Positions 26,521 through 41,329 are shown, numbered from the stretch's first letter. The stretch is DNA of 64,000 bases from Octopus vulgaris (GCA_951406725.2 OX597817.1:29450001-29514000), one strand, 5' to 3'. Program-made: numbers and translations. The notes: generated from the letters alone by a model not told the origin.

Positions 26521-27632
26521 TATCGGTAGGTATTAATATACACACCTTTTTATTGTTTTGCAACTATTTTTTCATGCCTGTATAGGTTCTTGTAGATTTA
26601 GACATTTGCATATTATTGAAGCGATTGTTTTGGAACATTTTTATACTTGGATGATCTTCAGACTACTAACCATTCAACTAAGACAGACTGAAGTAACCAT
26701 AGTTATGAGACTTGCAAATACTGCACCTATTTCATGAATGAATGGTTCACAATAAGAGAGGTAACCAGCAATAAAAACAATTGTTCCAACAATATGCTAA
26801 TAAACAAATTTTACTACTATATATCCCTCCCAGTTTCAGTTAGATATAAAAAAAAATATTTAAGTTTAACTCCCTTTGTACAATGTTCCATACAATTTAA
26901 TTTTGTTATCAATGATAAATTGTTTTTGTGAAAGGAGAAAAAAAAAAAGAAAAAAACACGCAGACCCAAAGTAATTACTGAACAGAAAATACATCAGACC
27001 ATAAATTCCTCCTACCATTTTTACTAAGGTATTTTAAAATTCACCAATAGTTTGAAGTTGGAAACTAATTTTCAAAACTCACTTGTGTATCAAATACAGA
27101 AACATTGCTAAACTAAACTAAATTAAAAGTTTTGACGAAGAATATTAACAAAGAATTCATTTAGAATTCAATAATTCAAGATAAGAAATAAACAACAATT
27201 AATGTAGTTTTAAAATAAATGTAACATTACAGAAAAAAAAAGAAAAAAAAGTAAAGAAGGTAAATATAGACTTAAAAATAAAGTAAAAATTTTGTTACAT
27301 TTACTTTGTTAATTCAATCAGTTATTTATTTCCATTGTTTTCACTTGAACAACATATGTTTAAATCAAGTAGTTCCAATTAACAGCAAAATGAAAGAATA
27401 ATTCAATGTGGCATGTTGTATGGAAGCCAATAATGGATGTCAATAGAACAACAGCTTGTTCCTAATCCAATTCCAGATCACAGCTTCTGGTTTGAAAATA
27501 TTCCAATATTTACTTCGGCTAATTATGAATTTAAAATTCTTTAGCACAAGTATCTTGTGAAAAAGCAATTGGTATTTTTCCTTTTCAATTTAATTTTATG
27601 AGTGCATGCATGTATGTATGAAGGAAGGTATG

Positions 27633-27677
<45 letters not shown>

Positions 27678-28404
27678 AGTTTTCATGTAGCAGCATATAT
27701 TATCGAATTTTCTTATGATTAAGCTTATATTCAATGACCAAATTAACCTAAAAATAAATTTCCTTTGATTGAGTGCAATTTTTATTTATATAATTGTTTA
27801 AATTCAAGAGAAGGTGTCACGTCCTTACCATTTGTTGCAATCTGTCAAATTGGTGTAGTCATGGTTGTTCATGTTTCAATTGAAGTTCAGTAATCTAATG
27901 CTACATTAGAAAACTTTCTCAGAGAGACGATTGGATTGGTCTCAGCATTAGGTAAAGCAAATTGTTTAAGAATTTGATGGTGAAATATAATAGTCATAAA
28001 GCAAAGAGAAAAGTGAGGAAAAAATTGTGAATTTGAGTGGGAAATGGTATGTATTCTATATGTTAAGGGAAGCAGAAGTATTTGTAGAGGCATTAGAAGA
28101 TGTGAGAAGAAACAGTATGTCTGTGGTTTTGATATAACAGTATGTTGGTAAGTCTTTAAGCATCTCTTAAAAAGAACGTCATTTAATATTTGTCTTTGAA
28201 TGTTTGCCTGTGGTGCTGCAACACCACCTCAATCTAGAATGTCTGAGTGCCTGCATGAAACACCACTCTAGTTACATGAGTCTGTCTTACCTACACTTGC
28301 ATACCCAGGTTTCATTTGCAGCAGTGCTAATTACAGAACCGTTTTATTTAAAGAGTGTATCAGGTTGATAGATTAAGGTTGACAGAACGTTTTGCATTGT
28401 TTTG

Positions 28405-28444
<40 letters not shown>

Positions 28445-28447
<3 letters not shown>

Positions 28448-28685
28448 TCATCATCATCATCATCATCATCATTTAGCGTCCGCTTTCCATGCTAGCATGG
28501 GTTAGACGGTTCAACTGGGGTCTGTGAAGCTGGAAGGCTTCGTCAGGCCCAGTCAGATCTGGCAGTGGTTCTACGGCTGGATGCCCTTCCTAACGCCAAC
28601 CACTCCTTGAGTGTAGTGGGTGCTTTTTACGTGCCACCTGCACAGGTGCCAGACAGAGCTGGCAAACGGCCACGAACGGACGGTG

Positions 28686-28730
<45 letters not shown>

Positions 28731-28873
28731 GCGTTAGGAAGGGCATCCAGCTGTAGAAACTCTGCCAGATCAAGATTGGAGCCTGGTGCAGCCATCTGGT
28801 TCGCCAGTTACCAGTCAAAATCGTCCAACACATGCTGGCATGGAAAGCGGACGTTGAACCATGATGATGATGA
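28445..28873. mobile_element. Two family D fragments in opposite orientation separated and flanked by (TA)n
   Basis: 28445-28688 minus, 28729-28873 plus. Confidence 0.7.
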
Positions 28874-29319
28874 TAAATATATATATATATATAAATCTAT
28901 TCTCTTTTTAAATCAAAATTCTTTGCCAAAATAAAGTCCTGTATGCTTATAATTTGAAATTTATTGAAAATAAATGTCAGTTTTAGAGTATGCATTTGAT
29001 TTATAAGAATGTATACATTTATTCAGCAAATTATGGGTTTCTTAGTAAATAATCTTACAAGTTGTTGAAATTATCTTTCTAGCATTTTAAACAAATATTA
29101 TTTCTTTATATTTTAGTAAAAGTGTTTTCTCTGACTAAGCATAAGTCCTCAAGTTTTACAGTATAATGTGTTTGGATAACTAACTGACACAGTAGTATTT
29201 ACTACTTATGCTATTGAGTAAAAACGAAAGCATAACATAGTTTAAACTGATGAGATATGAAAACGGTGAGACAAACAGGCTCTATTATTTCTGCTTGCAT
29301 GCATATATGTATGTATGTA

Positions 29320-29373
<54 letters not shown>

Positions 29374-29479
29374 TACATATGCACATACACTGAAAGAAAT
29401 AAGATGAAAAAACAGATTTGTTTTACAAGACTAAAGAATATATTAGAATCATAATAGCAAAAGTATCTTACAATATTGT

Positions 29480-29499
<20 letters not shown>

Positions 29500-29518
<19 letters not shown>

Positions 29519-30030
29519 TAGTTGTGTGAGTGTCTGTCCCCTTCGATTTAGATTCCTAACTACTCCCACATTTTGCGGTGCAGTTTAACCAAGTTCAGGT
29601 ATCTTATAGTCGTGATTCATATCGAGCCCGTCTGTGTATTAGCGCGCGTCTACGATGAGTCTACAATTTTAAAAATAATTTAACATCATTTTTTATTCCA
29701 TTTTAATGCATAATTTTTCGTGTGTCGATGGCGGCGGAGTTGGCGTCCATGCTCACACATGCACCTGTGTTGCTTCTCCCCTTATTCCCTCCCTCGTGAA
29801 GCTGTGGGGAAGGGAGTGTAAGGAAATCAACGTCGTAAAGCGTTGTCAAGGAGACCAGCGTTCTTTTAGAACAACGACTTCATGGCTTGAAGACACTGAG
29901 TCAACGATTTAAAAAAAAATTACCATCATTTTTTATTCCATTTTTAATGCATTTTTTCGCTATAACTCTCTAAAAATGCTTATATAATTATTTCCCTTAC
30001 AAACCCGAGCAACGCCGGGCGATACTGCTA

Positions 30031-30031
<1 letters not shown>
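29500..30031 (+). mobile_element. Non-autonomous Helitron, copy 3
   Basis: Same body, hairpin and CTAG|T end; 5' TC merged into (TA)n; internal duplication of GAGTC.ACGATTTAAAA..CATCATTTTTTATTCC. Confidence 0.8.
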
Positions 30032-30073
<42 letters not shown>

Positions 30074-30252
30074 CAAATTGTTTAGCATTGGCCCTTTTTT
30101 CTCCAAAAGTGAAATATTTTCTCCTTCTGTGGGAATAAAGCTTGCATTTGACTAACAGACTCCTTCTAATATAGTAAATTGCTGGGAGTTTTTTTCTTTA
30201 AAAAAAAACATTCGTTCTTGCCTCCTCGAAGCTTCTGATTGAGAAGATTTTG

Positions 30253-30664
30253 GGATCTTTTCGGTTTGAACGGCAGTTTTTTCTAGAGGTGTCATATGAA
30301 ATTGTTACCCATAATAATGACCCTAGTATCGATCTATTGCATTTCAATCTGTTTTAGGGTTAGGGTTAGGGGGAAGGGTATCTTTTTTTATTCACAAATG
30401 TAAATAAACCCAATCTGTTTCTTAAACGAGGGACATATTTATACGGCACAGAATGTATTTTTACCTCAATAGACGTATTTGATTGGTTGAAATTGCAGAA
30501 ATTGAAAAAAACAAAAAACAAATATCTTACAAACTATAGAATTTTCACAATAAAGCCAAGAGAAAAAGATGTTTTATAAACACATTCTACCAGTATACGA
30601 AGTTTTAAAATTTTTAGTTACCTAGAAATTATGTTAAAAACTGCCGTTCAAACCGAAAAGATCT
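30253..30664. mobile_element. 412-bp MITE with ~29-bp TIRs, 8-bp TSD and internal TTAGGG repeats
   Basis: TIR GGATCTTTTCGGTTTGAACGGCAGTTTTT; TSD AGATTTTG at 30245-30252 and 30665-30672. Confidence 0.85.
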
Positions 30665-31014
30665 AGATTTTGTTGTATATGCATGTCTGAAACATTCCTG
30701 TTAACTCGTTGTATTTTTTTAAACCTGATGCATTTCATCCCTTTTCACATTCTTTAGTACTGGTCTAAGCGACAATAAAAGGGTCAGCATACTGTAGCTC
30801 CATGTATTCCAATTGCCTCTGGCCGTTTACTGTTGGTGCACTCTACTCTTCCAGCCCTTTATTTCTTTACTCCTTTACATTTCCCTTTCGTATTTTCTTC
30901 TCTTTTATTTTGTTTTCTCTCTTTCTACCTTACTTTCTTTTAATCTGTATCACTTTACCTTTCTTTTTTTATTCTTTCTGCCTGCATTTCCTTCATTCTT
31001 TCTCTTTTTCATGT

Positions 31015-31312
31015 GATCACTGTGATCGCGTGACTGACCAGACCATCAGATGTTGTTACACATCGCCGGTCACAATGCGTTCGCATTGTTTTAGCCTTCG
31101 AATGACGCCACCCCGCTGGCTAAGCGAGCAGGCCAACAGAAGAAAGAGTGGGAGAGAGAGTACATCAGGGATCACCACCCCCTGCCGGAGCCTCGTGGAA
31201 CTTTTAGGTGTTTTCGCTCAATAAACACACACAACGCCCGGTCTGGGAATCGAAACCACGATCCTGCGACCGCGAGTCCGCTGCCCTAACCACTAGGCCA
31301 TTGCGCCTCCAC
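31015..31312 (-). mobile_element. tRNA-derived SINE (head C, tail Y)
   Basis: GGAGGCGCAATGGCCTAGTGGTTAGGGC head, GGTTTCGATTCCC B-box; TSD CTTTTTCATGT. Confidence 0.8.
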
Positions 31313-31849
31313 CTTTTTCATGTACTAAGTAAAATTTACCGGTTGTTGTATCAGAGAGCATAACTTTTCAGGTCTCAAATATGAACAATTGTATTTGCAA
31401 CAAAGATTAGTTTTCCTTAGAAAAACAATAATTTCCAGTTTTCTTCTAAAGTCTTAGCGCTGCATACAATTCCCTTATTCTTTAGTCCTTGTGAAGAGTT
31501 GTCCTAGATCCAAAATGTCGCATCTGAGATCATAAGTCTATCAGACTGACGAAGCTACTAATTATGCATAATATTTTATTAATATGATCGTTTTAAAGCT
31601 AGATATATTTTCTGTATTCCGATTACTGAGTGTCCATTTTGGGGGACGGGGCTATGAACTCCATGCGATCGCATATACCCACATGTATAACATAAACTTC
31701 ATTATCATAATTTTACGTCTAATTTTCCAAGGCAGCGCAGATTTTTTTCGGGGGGGAACAGTGTGTCACGTTATACGTTCTTCCTCTCACTGAACCTCCT
31801 GGTTGTCTCTTCCTCAGTCCCTTGTTACACGTAGGAGTATGGTGTCTAT

Positions 31850-32232
31850 GGAGGCGCAATGGCCCAGTGGTTAGGGCAGCGGACTCGCGGTCGTAGGATC
31901 GCGGTTTCGATTCCCAGACCGGGCGTTGTGAGTGTTTATTGAGTGAAAACACCTAAAGCTCCACGAGGCTCCGGCAGGGGATGGTGGTGATCCCTGCTGT
32001 ACTCTTTCACCACAACTCTCTCTCTCTCTCTTACTTCCTGTTTCTGTTGTACCTGTATTTCAAAGGGCCGGCCTTGTCACTCTCTGTGTCACGCTGAATA
32101 TCCCCGAGAACTACGTTAAGGGTACACGTGTCTGTGGAGTGCTCAGCTACTTACACGTTAATTTCACGAGCAGGCTGTTCCGTTGATCGGATCAACCGGA
32201 ACCCTCGTCGTCGGAACCGACGGAGTGCTTCC
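31850..32232 (+). mobile_element. tRNA-derived SINE (head C, tail X), full length
   Basis: A/B boxes; TSD ATGGTGTCTAT at 31839-31849 and 32233-32243. Confidence 0.85.
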
Positions 32233-32292
32233 ATGGTGTCTATATTCTGAAAACTGACATGCACAGACTATAAAAAAAATGGGGTACATATA

Positions 32293-32866
32293 CAGTTATC
32301 CCTCGCCATATCGCAGTTCACATATCACGGTTCACATATAAAAAAAATAATAATAATAAAATAGGGTACAGGGATCTTTTCGGTTTGAACGGCAGTTTTT
32401 AACATAATTTCTAGGTAACTAAAAAATTTTAAACTTCGTATACTGGTAGAATGTGCTTATAAAACATCTTTTTCTCTTGGCTTTATTGAGAAAATTCTAT
32501 AGTTTGTAAGATATTTGTTGTTTTTTTGTTTTTCAATTTCTGCTATTTCAACCAATCAAATACGTCTATTGAGGTAAAAATACATTCTGTGCCGTATGAA
32601 TATGTCTCTCGTTTAAGAAACAGATTGAATTTATTTACATTTGTGAATAAAAAAGATACCCTTCCCCCACCCCTAACCCTAACTAACCCTAAAACAGATT
32701 GAAATGCAATAGATCGATACTAGGGTCATAATTATGGGTGACAATTTCTAATGACACCGCTAGAAAAAACTGCCGTTCAAACCGAAAAGATCCAAATCGG
32801 GTACGTAGATGAGGTACATATACAGTAATCTCTCGCCATTTATAATAAAATAAATATATACAAATT

Positions 32867-32898
<32 letters not shown>

Positions 32899-32991
32899 AA
32901 AATACAGTACAGTACTGTATCTACTTCGCGGATTATCACCTATCGCGTGGGATTTTGGAACGTAACACCCGCGATTATCGAGGGATTGTTG
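32293..32991. mobile_element. Tigger/pogo-type MITE, rearranged and interrupted by the TTAGGG MITE
   Basis: TA-CAGTTATCCCTCG ... CGAGGGATTGTTG-TA; left end repeated at ~32823. Confidence 0.6.
32372..32793. mobile_element. TTAGGG-bearing MITE, copy 2 (opposite orientation)
   Basis: Same TIRs; body is the reverse complement of 30253-30664. Confidence 0.85.
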
Positions 32992-33568
32992 TATATTTGA
33001 TTAGAGCATGGACTCTGGAATTTACCATGATTTCAAAAAGTCGTTAAAAAGTAATAACAATAATATTTTTTTCATACTTAGTGGGATTGCTACCCACGTT
33101 CTCCTTTCATATTTTGGCATATCAAGTTTCAAGTAATAAAATAGGACATGAGCACAGAAGAAAATTAAATCCAAAGACATCAACACCTTGGCTGGTTATA
33201 CAACCCGTAAAAATTCAGATAAATGCAAGATGAAATGTATTTTAAAATTATAGATTTCTGATATTAAAAGTAGTTTTGAGCGAATGATAGTTTACTGTAG
33301 CATTCAAGTGGTTTACATCATAAAATTACAAGAATTGTTTCAAGACACGGCTGTATATCCAGGAGACCTGCCATTGCAAATATGCAAGTGGGCGTCAGAT
33401 ATATCATTCGAAAAGTGATGATTTCACACAGATGGAGATATGTGCTAAGAAAATATAGCAAGAAAAAAATAAACTGATCACTAAAGATTTTAACTCATTT
33501 TCTCACCCGTCACAAAAGAATTATCTGCATTGACTAATGCATGAATTTAAGAGGGAGCTGAATATAAT

Positions 33569-33604
<36 letters not shown>

Positions 33605-35160
33605 ATGCATGTACCAAAACATTATGTATACAATCTCTCTTTGCAGAAAGATAGAGCTATGACCTCACTCATACATCAAACTCCAGCAAAATATTCGAAA
33701 ATCAGAAAGTTTTATGTTCCAGCTTATTCTGCTTGCTAGTGGCACCACTGATATTTTCAAAATTTATTTAAGCTGTGTTACAGAATGAAGGCATATGTAA
33801 AAATTTCTTTATGTGAACTCTACAACATGAAGCAGTCAATCATACCTTGCTTTCTATACAAGGTTATTTTGGTATGTTTAAGATAATCAGAGGTCTTAAT
33901 TGGAGGGTCAACAGACATCTTTTTTCGAAATAATTTCTGATAGGTTTTTATGGATATGGACATGGATCTGTGTCTGTTTTTATTTATATACATTAAAATC
34001 TATATATCGGTGAAGACGAATAAATATTTGTGCATAGAAGAATTTACCTCATTTGGTTTTCTCACTCCGTTTATCTAAACTTCATATCAATATCTGTGTT
34101 TGCTTACCTCTTAATATTGGTACGTTGCTATATTTAAATAAATGCATATGTCTATATGTATACATGTGTATATGCACAACCACACACACACATGCATATA
34201 TAAATGTGTGAACATTTATGTGTTTGTAGAAACATACATTTATGAATATATATGAACACACACACACACAGCATATATGTACACTCACACACACATACAC
34301 ACATATGTATTAATGTTTGTTTTTGAGTCAAGTTATAATAAAAAATTTATAATAATAAAAATAATATGTAAATGTTGCCTTCCCCGGAGCTCTTGCTGAA
34401 TAAGAGACATTAGAATTGCTTCCGTTTTATTCGTTGCCTATCAATTTAGTATTGCAAGAAATACATATATAAAAAGTAAAAGATACAGCTAATATTTTCT
34501 GATGTCAGAAAAGTAAAATTAACAGTAAGGACAATCTCAAAAGCTTCATACATCTTAGAAACCTGCAAAAATCAGTTTAGACATACGTCTGCCTAACAAT
34601 AAAAATATGTGCAAATATAATTACGCAGTAAAAAAATATATATATAAAAAAACTAATAATAAGTCATTGAGCTTAACGAAAAATGTTCCGTAATCGCCAC
34701 CTGGTCGACGATTATACAGAAACTTTTATGGGTTGCCTTGGCTTGTGAAATATAAGAGAGGAAGCTATAATAAGAACTAATAAAATGAATGGGAATAAAT
34801 ATATCCAAGAATGTTTTATGCAAAATATGGACGGATAATTGTTTTAACCATCTAAGAACACTTCCTGCGACATATTTTCCGACACTGTTTCTCTACATCT
34901 GTTGAAAATCATTTACTGGCCAGATTTTATAAGCCTCAGTGGTTTTCACTCTATTCTGTTTCTATGTTACTCTTTTAGTAATTTCATTCATGTTAAAGCT
35001 AGTCATTTTGATATATAAGGTAATTCTTTTACGGGCAGTTGTCCAATTTAGTGTGAGCGATTTTACATTCCTGTGACGAAAGTTTTGACATTTTATAGTA
35101 GATAGCACCAGTCAGAAATAAACGTGTGCTTTTAAATAACTAAGATAATACTATGACTCG

Positions 35161-35244
<84 letters not shown>

Positions 35245-35481
35245 TACATATATATATATACACACATACATATATACACACATATATATACATATATATA
35301 TATACACATATATATATACATATATATGTGTATATATATATACATATATATATACATATATATATACACATATATATATACATATATATATACATATATA
35401 TATACATATACATATATATATACATATATATATACATATACATATATATATACATATATATACATATACATATATATATAC

Positions 35482-35547
<66 letters not shown>

Positions 35548-35720
35548 GTGTGTGTATGTAGGTCTGTACGTATATATGCAAGTATGTATATATATATATG
35601 TGTATATGCATAATTATACATATATATACATATAAATGAACATATATATCTATATATGCATGTATATATGCATACGCATGTATATACATGCATTCACACA
35701 TATACATACAGATATATGTG
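35161..35720. repeat. Compound (TA)n/(TACA)n microsatellite with higher-order periodicity
   Basis: Directly visible. Confidence 0.95.
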
Positions 35721-35779
35721 TGTGCGCGCGTGTGTAAATATGTATGAAGTAATAGGAACAAAGTTTCATATTTTATGCG

Positions 35780-36600
35780 ACAATCACAAGTAAGAAATTT
35801 TCGACGGTACGCAGTCCTTATGAAATATGAAATTTAATACAACTAAAACCTTCTTGAACTTAATCGATAAATACTTTCCCATTATATATAGATATAGAAA
35901 AGCTATTTAGCAGATCACCGACATGAAGAATATATGTTATAATTCTACAAAAGACTGCCATTGAAGAAGCATCGATAAATGCCGGCCAACTACTGTAGTA
36001 CCTCGGTTTTCGAATAACTCTGACCACGAATAAATCGTGCCACACACACACACACTCAGAGGCGTTCGTAAACCGAAGTACTACTGTATTAAATGAATAT
36101 GAGAAAGACGAAAGATAAAGCACGATTTATTCGTGGACAGACTTGTTCCGAAACCGTGGTACTACCGTATATTTAATGTAATGCAAAAAGGCTTAATGTA
36201 CAAAACTGCGTTTACATGCAGAATAGAAAAATATCAAACCAACCAAACCTTAAGGTGGTAAATGAAAGATATATAGATACGACAGAAGGTGATATCAAAT
36301 ACAGATACAACAATCTTACTTCGTTTTAAGCATTTCGAAAAGAAATATATGGCTAAATTATTCGACTACATACAGTGATAAAATAGAAACACTCTCAATT
36401 ATTACACCAAAATAATTATTGAAAATTAAAGACGTTGCAGGAATAGTAGAATTAGAAATCTTTTACGAACTATATAAGGTGTCATTCTTCAGAACCGACA
36501 AGAAACCATTCACTATCTAAAAGGTAGGTCGGAAAACGCAGACATTTCAAGAAACACACGTAATATATCTGAGCATACCTCAACTGCCTGACGAATTGTA
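35780..36600 (+). pseudogene. Degraded Penelope-like ORF relic (linker plus GIY-YIG)
   Basis: Frameshifted peptides KTFLNLIDKYFP, NCVY, RYIDTTEGDIKYRYNN..SF, KHFEKKY..KLFDYI; CTGACGA remnant near 36588. Confidence 0.55.
35993..36167. mobile_element. Tigger/pogo-type MITE inside the Penelope relic
   Basis: TA-CTGTAGTACCTCGGTTT...AAACCGTGGTACTACCG-TA with ~48-bp inverted arms. Confidence 0.6.
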
Positions 36601-36826
36601 CTCGCAAATAATCTTACACCAATCCATTATATGGGGCAATTTCCGTTCTTTGCACATATATTAACTTACACGTATTTGCAGCACGAACATAAAATATATA
36701 TATGTGGAAATGTGGGTGTATCTATAGATGCTTGTCTATGTGCTGAGCGATTGCATATATTTGTGTTGCTTTCCACAATGATAAAACAGAAATGAATGCT
36801 TTAAAAAATACTTGTAAAAACTAAAA

Positions 36827-37513
36827 TTCTTTCTACTGTAGGCATAAGGCCTGGAATTTGGAGGAGGCGGGTAATCGATTACATCGATCCCCAGTGCGTA
36901 GCTGGTACTTAATTTATTCACTCCAAAAAGATGAAGGGCAAAGTCGACCTCGGCGGAATTTGAACTCAGAACGTAGCGACGGGCGAAATATCTATTTCTT
37001 TACTGCTACACACAGAGGAGACAAACAAGGACAGACAAACGGATTAAGTCGATTATATTGACTCCAGTGCGTAACTGTTACTTATCTAATCGACCCCGAA
37101 AGGATGAAAGGCAAAGTCGGCGGACAAATAAGGACAGACAAAGGGATTAAGTCGATTATATCGACCCCAGTGCGTAAAGGATGAAAGGCAAAGTCGGCGG
37201 AATTTGAACTCAGAACGTAACGGCAGGCGAAATGCGGCTACGGATTCGCCCGGCGTGCTAACGATTCTGCCAGCTCACCGCTAAGCATTTTGCCAGACGA
37301 AATACCTATTTCTTTACTACCCACAAGGGGGTAAACACAGAGGAGACAAACAAGTACAGACAAACGGATTAAGTCGATTATATCGACCCCAGTGCGTCCC
37401 GAAGGGATGAAAGGCAAAGTCGACCTCGGCGGAATTTGAACTCAGAACGTAACGGCAGACTTTCGTCTAAGCATTTCGCCCGGCGCGCTTACGATTCTGA
37501 CAGCTCGACGCCC
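36827..37513 (-). mobile_element. SINE family B concatemer of 3-4 shuffled partial copies
   Basis: GATGAA.GGCAAAGTCG recurs four times; flanking repeat TAAAAACTAAAAT. Confidence 0.8.
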
Positions 37514-37718
37514 TGTTTAAAAACTAAAATGCCTGAAACTTTTTTATGATGGGTAAAGGCATACAGCTTTGCTGGTTGTATTATTACAAAGACATGAAAT
37601 TTCAAGTAACCTGTGTATAAGTATCAATCTGTTTCTATGTCGAAATATTCAACTCTGCTGTTCTTATCAAGTGCTATATGCTTGAAACACGTAATGAAAC
37701 ATTGCACACACACATACA

Positions 37719-37758
<40 letters not shown>

Positions 37759-38635
37759 AGTATATTAGGCATCAATAATTGCAGCCTAGTGCACTTTTGG
37801 CATTTAGCACAACGGCGAAATTCCATCTTCCTTAGAAAGTATTTGCAAAAATTATCCGTTGATAACACAAACACCTTCCTTCGTTAATAAACGTGATTTA
37901 TATCGAAACTAAAATTTCAATATCTTAATGTTTTTTGTTTTACTTCTGTTGAACGATTTAAGATGATTGTCCATGTAACTATATATATATATATTTTTTT
38001 TATACCAAAGTTGGATGCACACATGTAAAAACAAACAAATATTTATGACAGCTGCTAACCTATTTTGTATTCATTCAATAACATTCCAGCTGTATATCCG
38101 TTGCAATCACACACCTCATCAGAGAAAGTTTGAAATTTAAACTTGGTAGAAAATTATATTCACGTAACTAGATAAATCTGATAAGATGTGAATAGTGTTC
38201 TATTCAAAACTATGGTATTTGCTGTCACATATTAGTTATAGCAATAGAAGTCTGATCAGATTAAAAGCAACTAAATCTGTGAAAGTACACATTTTTTGAT
38301 GGGCCTGTTTTTTACTTCTAACCCAAAAGCCATGGGAGGTTATTAGCATAAACGAATATTAAATTTCCATTAAAGAAGATATCTTGTCATTTTAAGGTTT
38401 ATCCTCGGGGAGAAATGTGATTCCATCTTAGATATGGATTATATACTTGTGTTCTGAGATCGCAGCAAACAGCTTTCGCATAAAGGACTTAATAAATACA
38501 TCTTAAATGAGATAAAGCTTCTGTAATATACTAAAGATACACGTGTTTATTTCATTTACAGAAGTACACATACACATATTTATACGTGTATACCTATTTG
38601 TAATTATACATACACATACATACATATATATGTAA

Positions 38636-38696
<61 letters not shown>

Positions 38697-38889
38697 TATA
38701 TATGTATGTATGTGTATATATATATATGTACACGTAGACTAATATATACGTACGCACTCTTACGCACATACATATATACACATATATTACGTACTTGCAC
38801 ACATATAGTTGAAGTTTACAAAAAAGCAAAAGAAGAAGACAGGTGTATTATTTTGATGCTCGGGAAAGTGAGAAAGTCTTTTATATATA

Positions 38890-39056
38890 CAGGGTCGGCC
38901 CTAGGGTTGCTGGCGCCCCGAGCAAGCTGAACTTCAGCGTGTACAAGGCTGACGGTCGTGGAAATTTTCTTGTCTTTGTCACGCCCTCTTTGGTGCCCCC
39001 TAGCACATGGCGCCCCGAGCGACTGCTCGAGTTGCCAGTACCTTGAGCCGGCTCTG
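38890..39056. mobile_element. GC-rich hAT-type MITE
   Basis: Termini CAGGGTCGGC / GCCGGCTCTG, internal repeats TGGCGCCCCGAGC; inserted in a TA/TG tract. Confidence 0.65.
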
Positions 39057-39411
39057 TATGTATGTGTGTGTGTGTGTGTGTGTACATATCTGTATAGACA
39101 AACAGTTATAGTTATGCAGAGGAGATAAAATAGATATTGGCAAAAGTCACTTAGTAGCATCTCCGTGAATGTAGCTAAACAGATTACTTCGAAATGAAGG
39201 ATTACAAGGATTCAACGGATCAGAACACAGCGGTCCATACAGAGTTACATAGAAGTTTGCTGATTCTGGACACTGCGAGGTTATGTAATGTTATCTAATA
39301 TGTTATGTACAGGACTTTGTATTTGGGAATAAACTATACTATTGAAACGCGTGTAGTGATATTTTGAAATTTTAAAATTCATTTCTCTCTGTATATACAC
39401 ACACAACAAAA

Positions 39412-39749
39412 AAAAGACCCCCTTCGGTCATGAATGACCATGGCATTGCACCTAGAAAGTTACTCTCCTAGACACAAGTCCGGGCAAGGTTGTTTATGGA
39501 AGACCAGCAGTCGCCCATGCATACCAGCCTCCCCTCTCCACGCCACTAGTGTTATCGAAGGGAAAGACATAGGTCGATACAGCTTGGCACCAGTGACGTC
39601 GCAACTCATTTCTACAGCTGAGTGAACTGGAGCAACGTGAAATAAAGTGCCTTGCTCAAGAATACAACACGCAGCCCGGTCCGGGATTCGAACTCACAAC
39701 CTCACGATCGTAAGCTCGACGCTCTAACCACTGAGCCATGCGCCTTCAC
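39412..39749 (-). mobile_element. tRNA-derived SINE (head E, tail Z)
   Basis: GAAGGCGCATGGCTCAGTGGTTAGAGC A-box, GAGTTCGAATCCC B-box, TTCTTGAGCAAGGCACTT domain. Confidence 0.85.
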
Positions 39750-39752
39750 CAT

Positions 39753-39849
<97 letters not shown>

Positions 39850-40056
39850 GAGGTAATGGTATCATTGAGACCCAAAGGTGTTAGGTAATGCGGAATAAGT
39901 GCTATAGACAGATCATAGTGAAGTTCCAGGTTCGGTAATTTTGCGAATAAGGGGTTCAACGTTGGTCATATGTCAGCGTGTGTATATAAGAATTTTTTGG
40001 TAATGAGATAAAAAAAACCAAGGCTGTGTAGATATTAGAACATTTATAGATAGGAG

Positions 40057-40108
40057 GTCTTACAGCTGTTTCCAGGATATTTATTAATTATATCCGTTAA
40101 TCGGAGAC
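40057..40108 (-). ncRNA. Degenerate hammerhead motif in a Penelope-like fragment (~39975-40620)
   Basis: GTCT-CCGATTA-..GGATA(loop)TATCC..-GAA-ACAGCTGT-A-AGAC; stems intact, core mutated. Confidence 0.5.
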
Positions 40109-40620
40109 GGTGTGAGAATGGTTAAGTAATAGTAGTTTAGATAGGATACAAAAGAGGGAGTGAGGTGGAGGAAAGAAAATAGATGTAAGATATGTAGGGA
40201 TATTGAAGTTGTAGATCCGTCTTTTAGGCAGAATGGTATATATGTAAGATTCCAATACCTTATGAGTAAAATCCAACAGAATTTAAAATGGGTCCTTCCA
40301 AATATAGAGTTTATACACAATGTAAGATACCAATACCTTATGAGTGAGATCCAGCAGTATTTAAACTTGGTCATTCCAAGTACAGTATTTATAAACAGTG
40401 TGGTAGAGTCAAAGGTTTTTTTATTTAAAGTGACCTAAGGGAGTGTATTAGTTGGGCCAAATCGAAAACAGGAAGAGAGGAATAAAGAAAGAGAAAAAAG
40501 ATAAGAGAATAAAGAGAAGAGAAAAAAGAGAGAGAAGAAGAGTAATAAAATAATAAAAAATATTTTATCATTTTTTTATTATTTTATTACTTTCTTCTCC
40601 TTCTTCTCTCTCTTTTCTCT

Positions 40621-41173
40621 CCAAGGATCAGCCATAATGCCTTCAATAATACCTGCCCAAATCATGTTGCGACCCGCTCCTCGTTGGCGTCTCAAGCGTT
40701 GATAACGATCTCGTCCATGCTCCAACTATCAGGTCCATCAAGAGTCGCATGAGTTTCGTTCATAAATAAAACTTTTCGAAAGTTGACCTTCATGTTATCT
40801 TCTGCCCATTTCAGACGATTTTATATGTGTAGTTTGTATAAAGGGAGGCCTTTTATCGACCTTTTTTCAGGAGACGACATCGAGTAGTTCTGGACACAGC
40901 TGTTTCGCCAATGCGCTTGAAAAGTTCTCCACTTATAAGACCTGGCTTCTTTATAGCTTCACGCTAAATTCGTGACAGAGAACGTTGAGAAACAGCCCTC
41001 GACTGACCCTTGTCGGATCTCTTGCGTATCTTCGTAGGAGCTGTAACAAATGTCTTCATAGTTTGGCGATATCTTCAAATTATTTTAGATATTTCTAATG
41101 TTGATTTACCTTTTGCAAGTTCAGAAGTAATAACGGATTTCTCTGAGGCAGTTAGGTCACATTTACGACCCAC
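40621..41173 (-). pseudogene. Tc1/Tc3-like transposase N-terminal half
   Basis: GRKCDLTASEKSVI...LEISKII HTH; RLKWAEDNM..FRKVLFMNETHATLDGPDSW; RRQRGAG.NMIWAGI; stops and frameshifts. Confidence 0.8.
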
Positions 41174-41329
41174 AATTACACGATTATCGACCACTCGTTA
41201 ATAATTTGGAACACTGAAAGTTCTTGGAAATCATGCAAATAGCCGCGGTTTGTTTACACTTGCGCAAAAGCTCACGTTTTTACACACCACGCGCATACAA
41301 TTATTGCAATCATTCTGTGGAAATTTCGT

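Noticed and set aside
31850-31925. tRNA-like sequence (also 39680-39749 and SINE A/B heads)
   Set aside because: Heads of multi-copy SINEs with tails and TSDs; no complete acceptor stem.
36120-36167. GAAACCGTGGTA as a hammerhead 3' half
   Set aside because: It is the right TIR of a Tigger-type MITE and has no core upstream.
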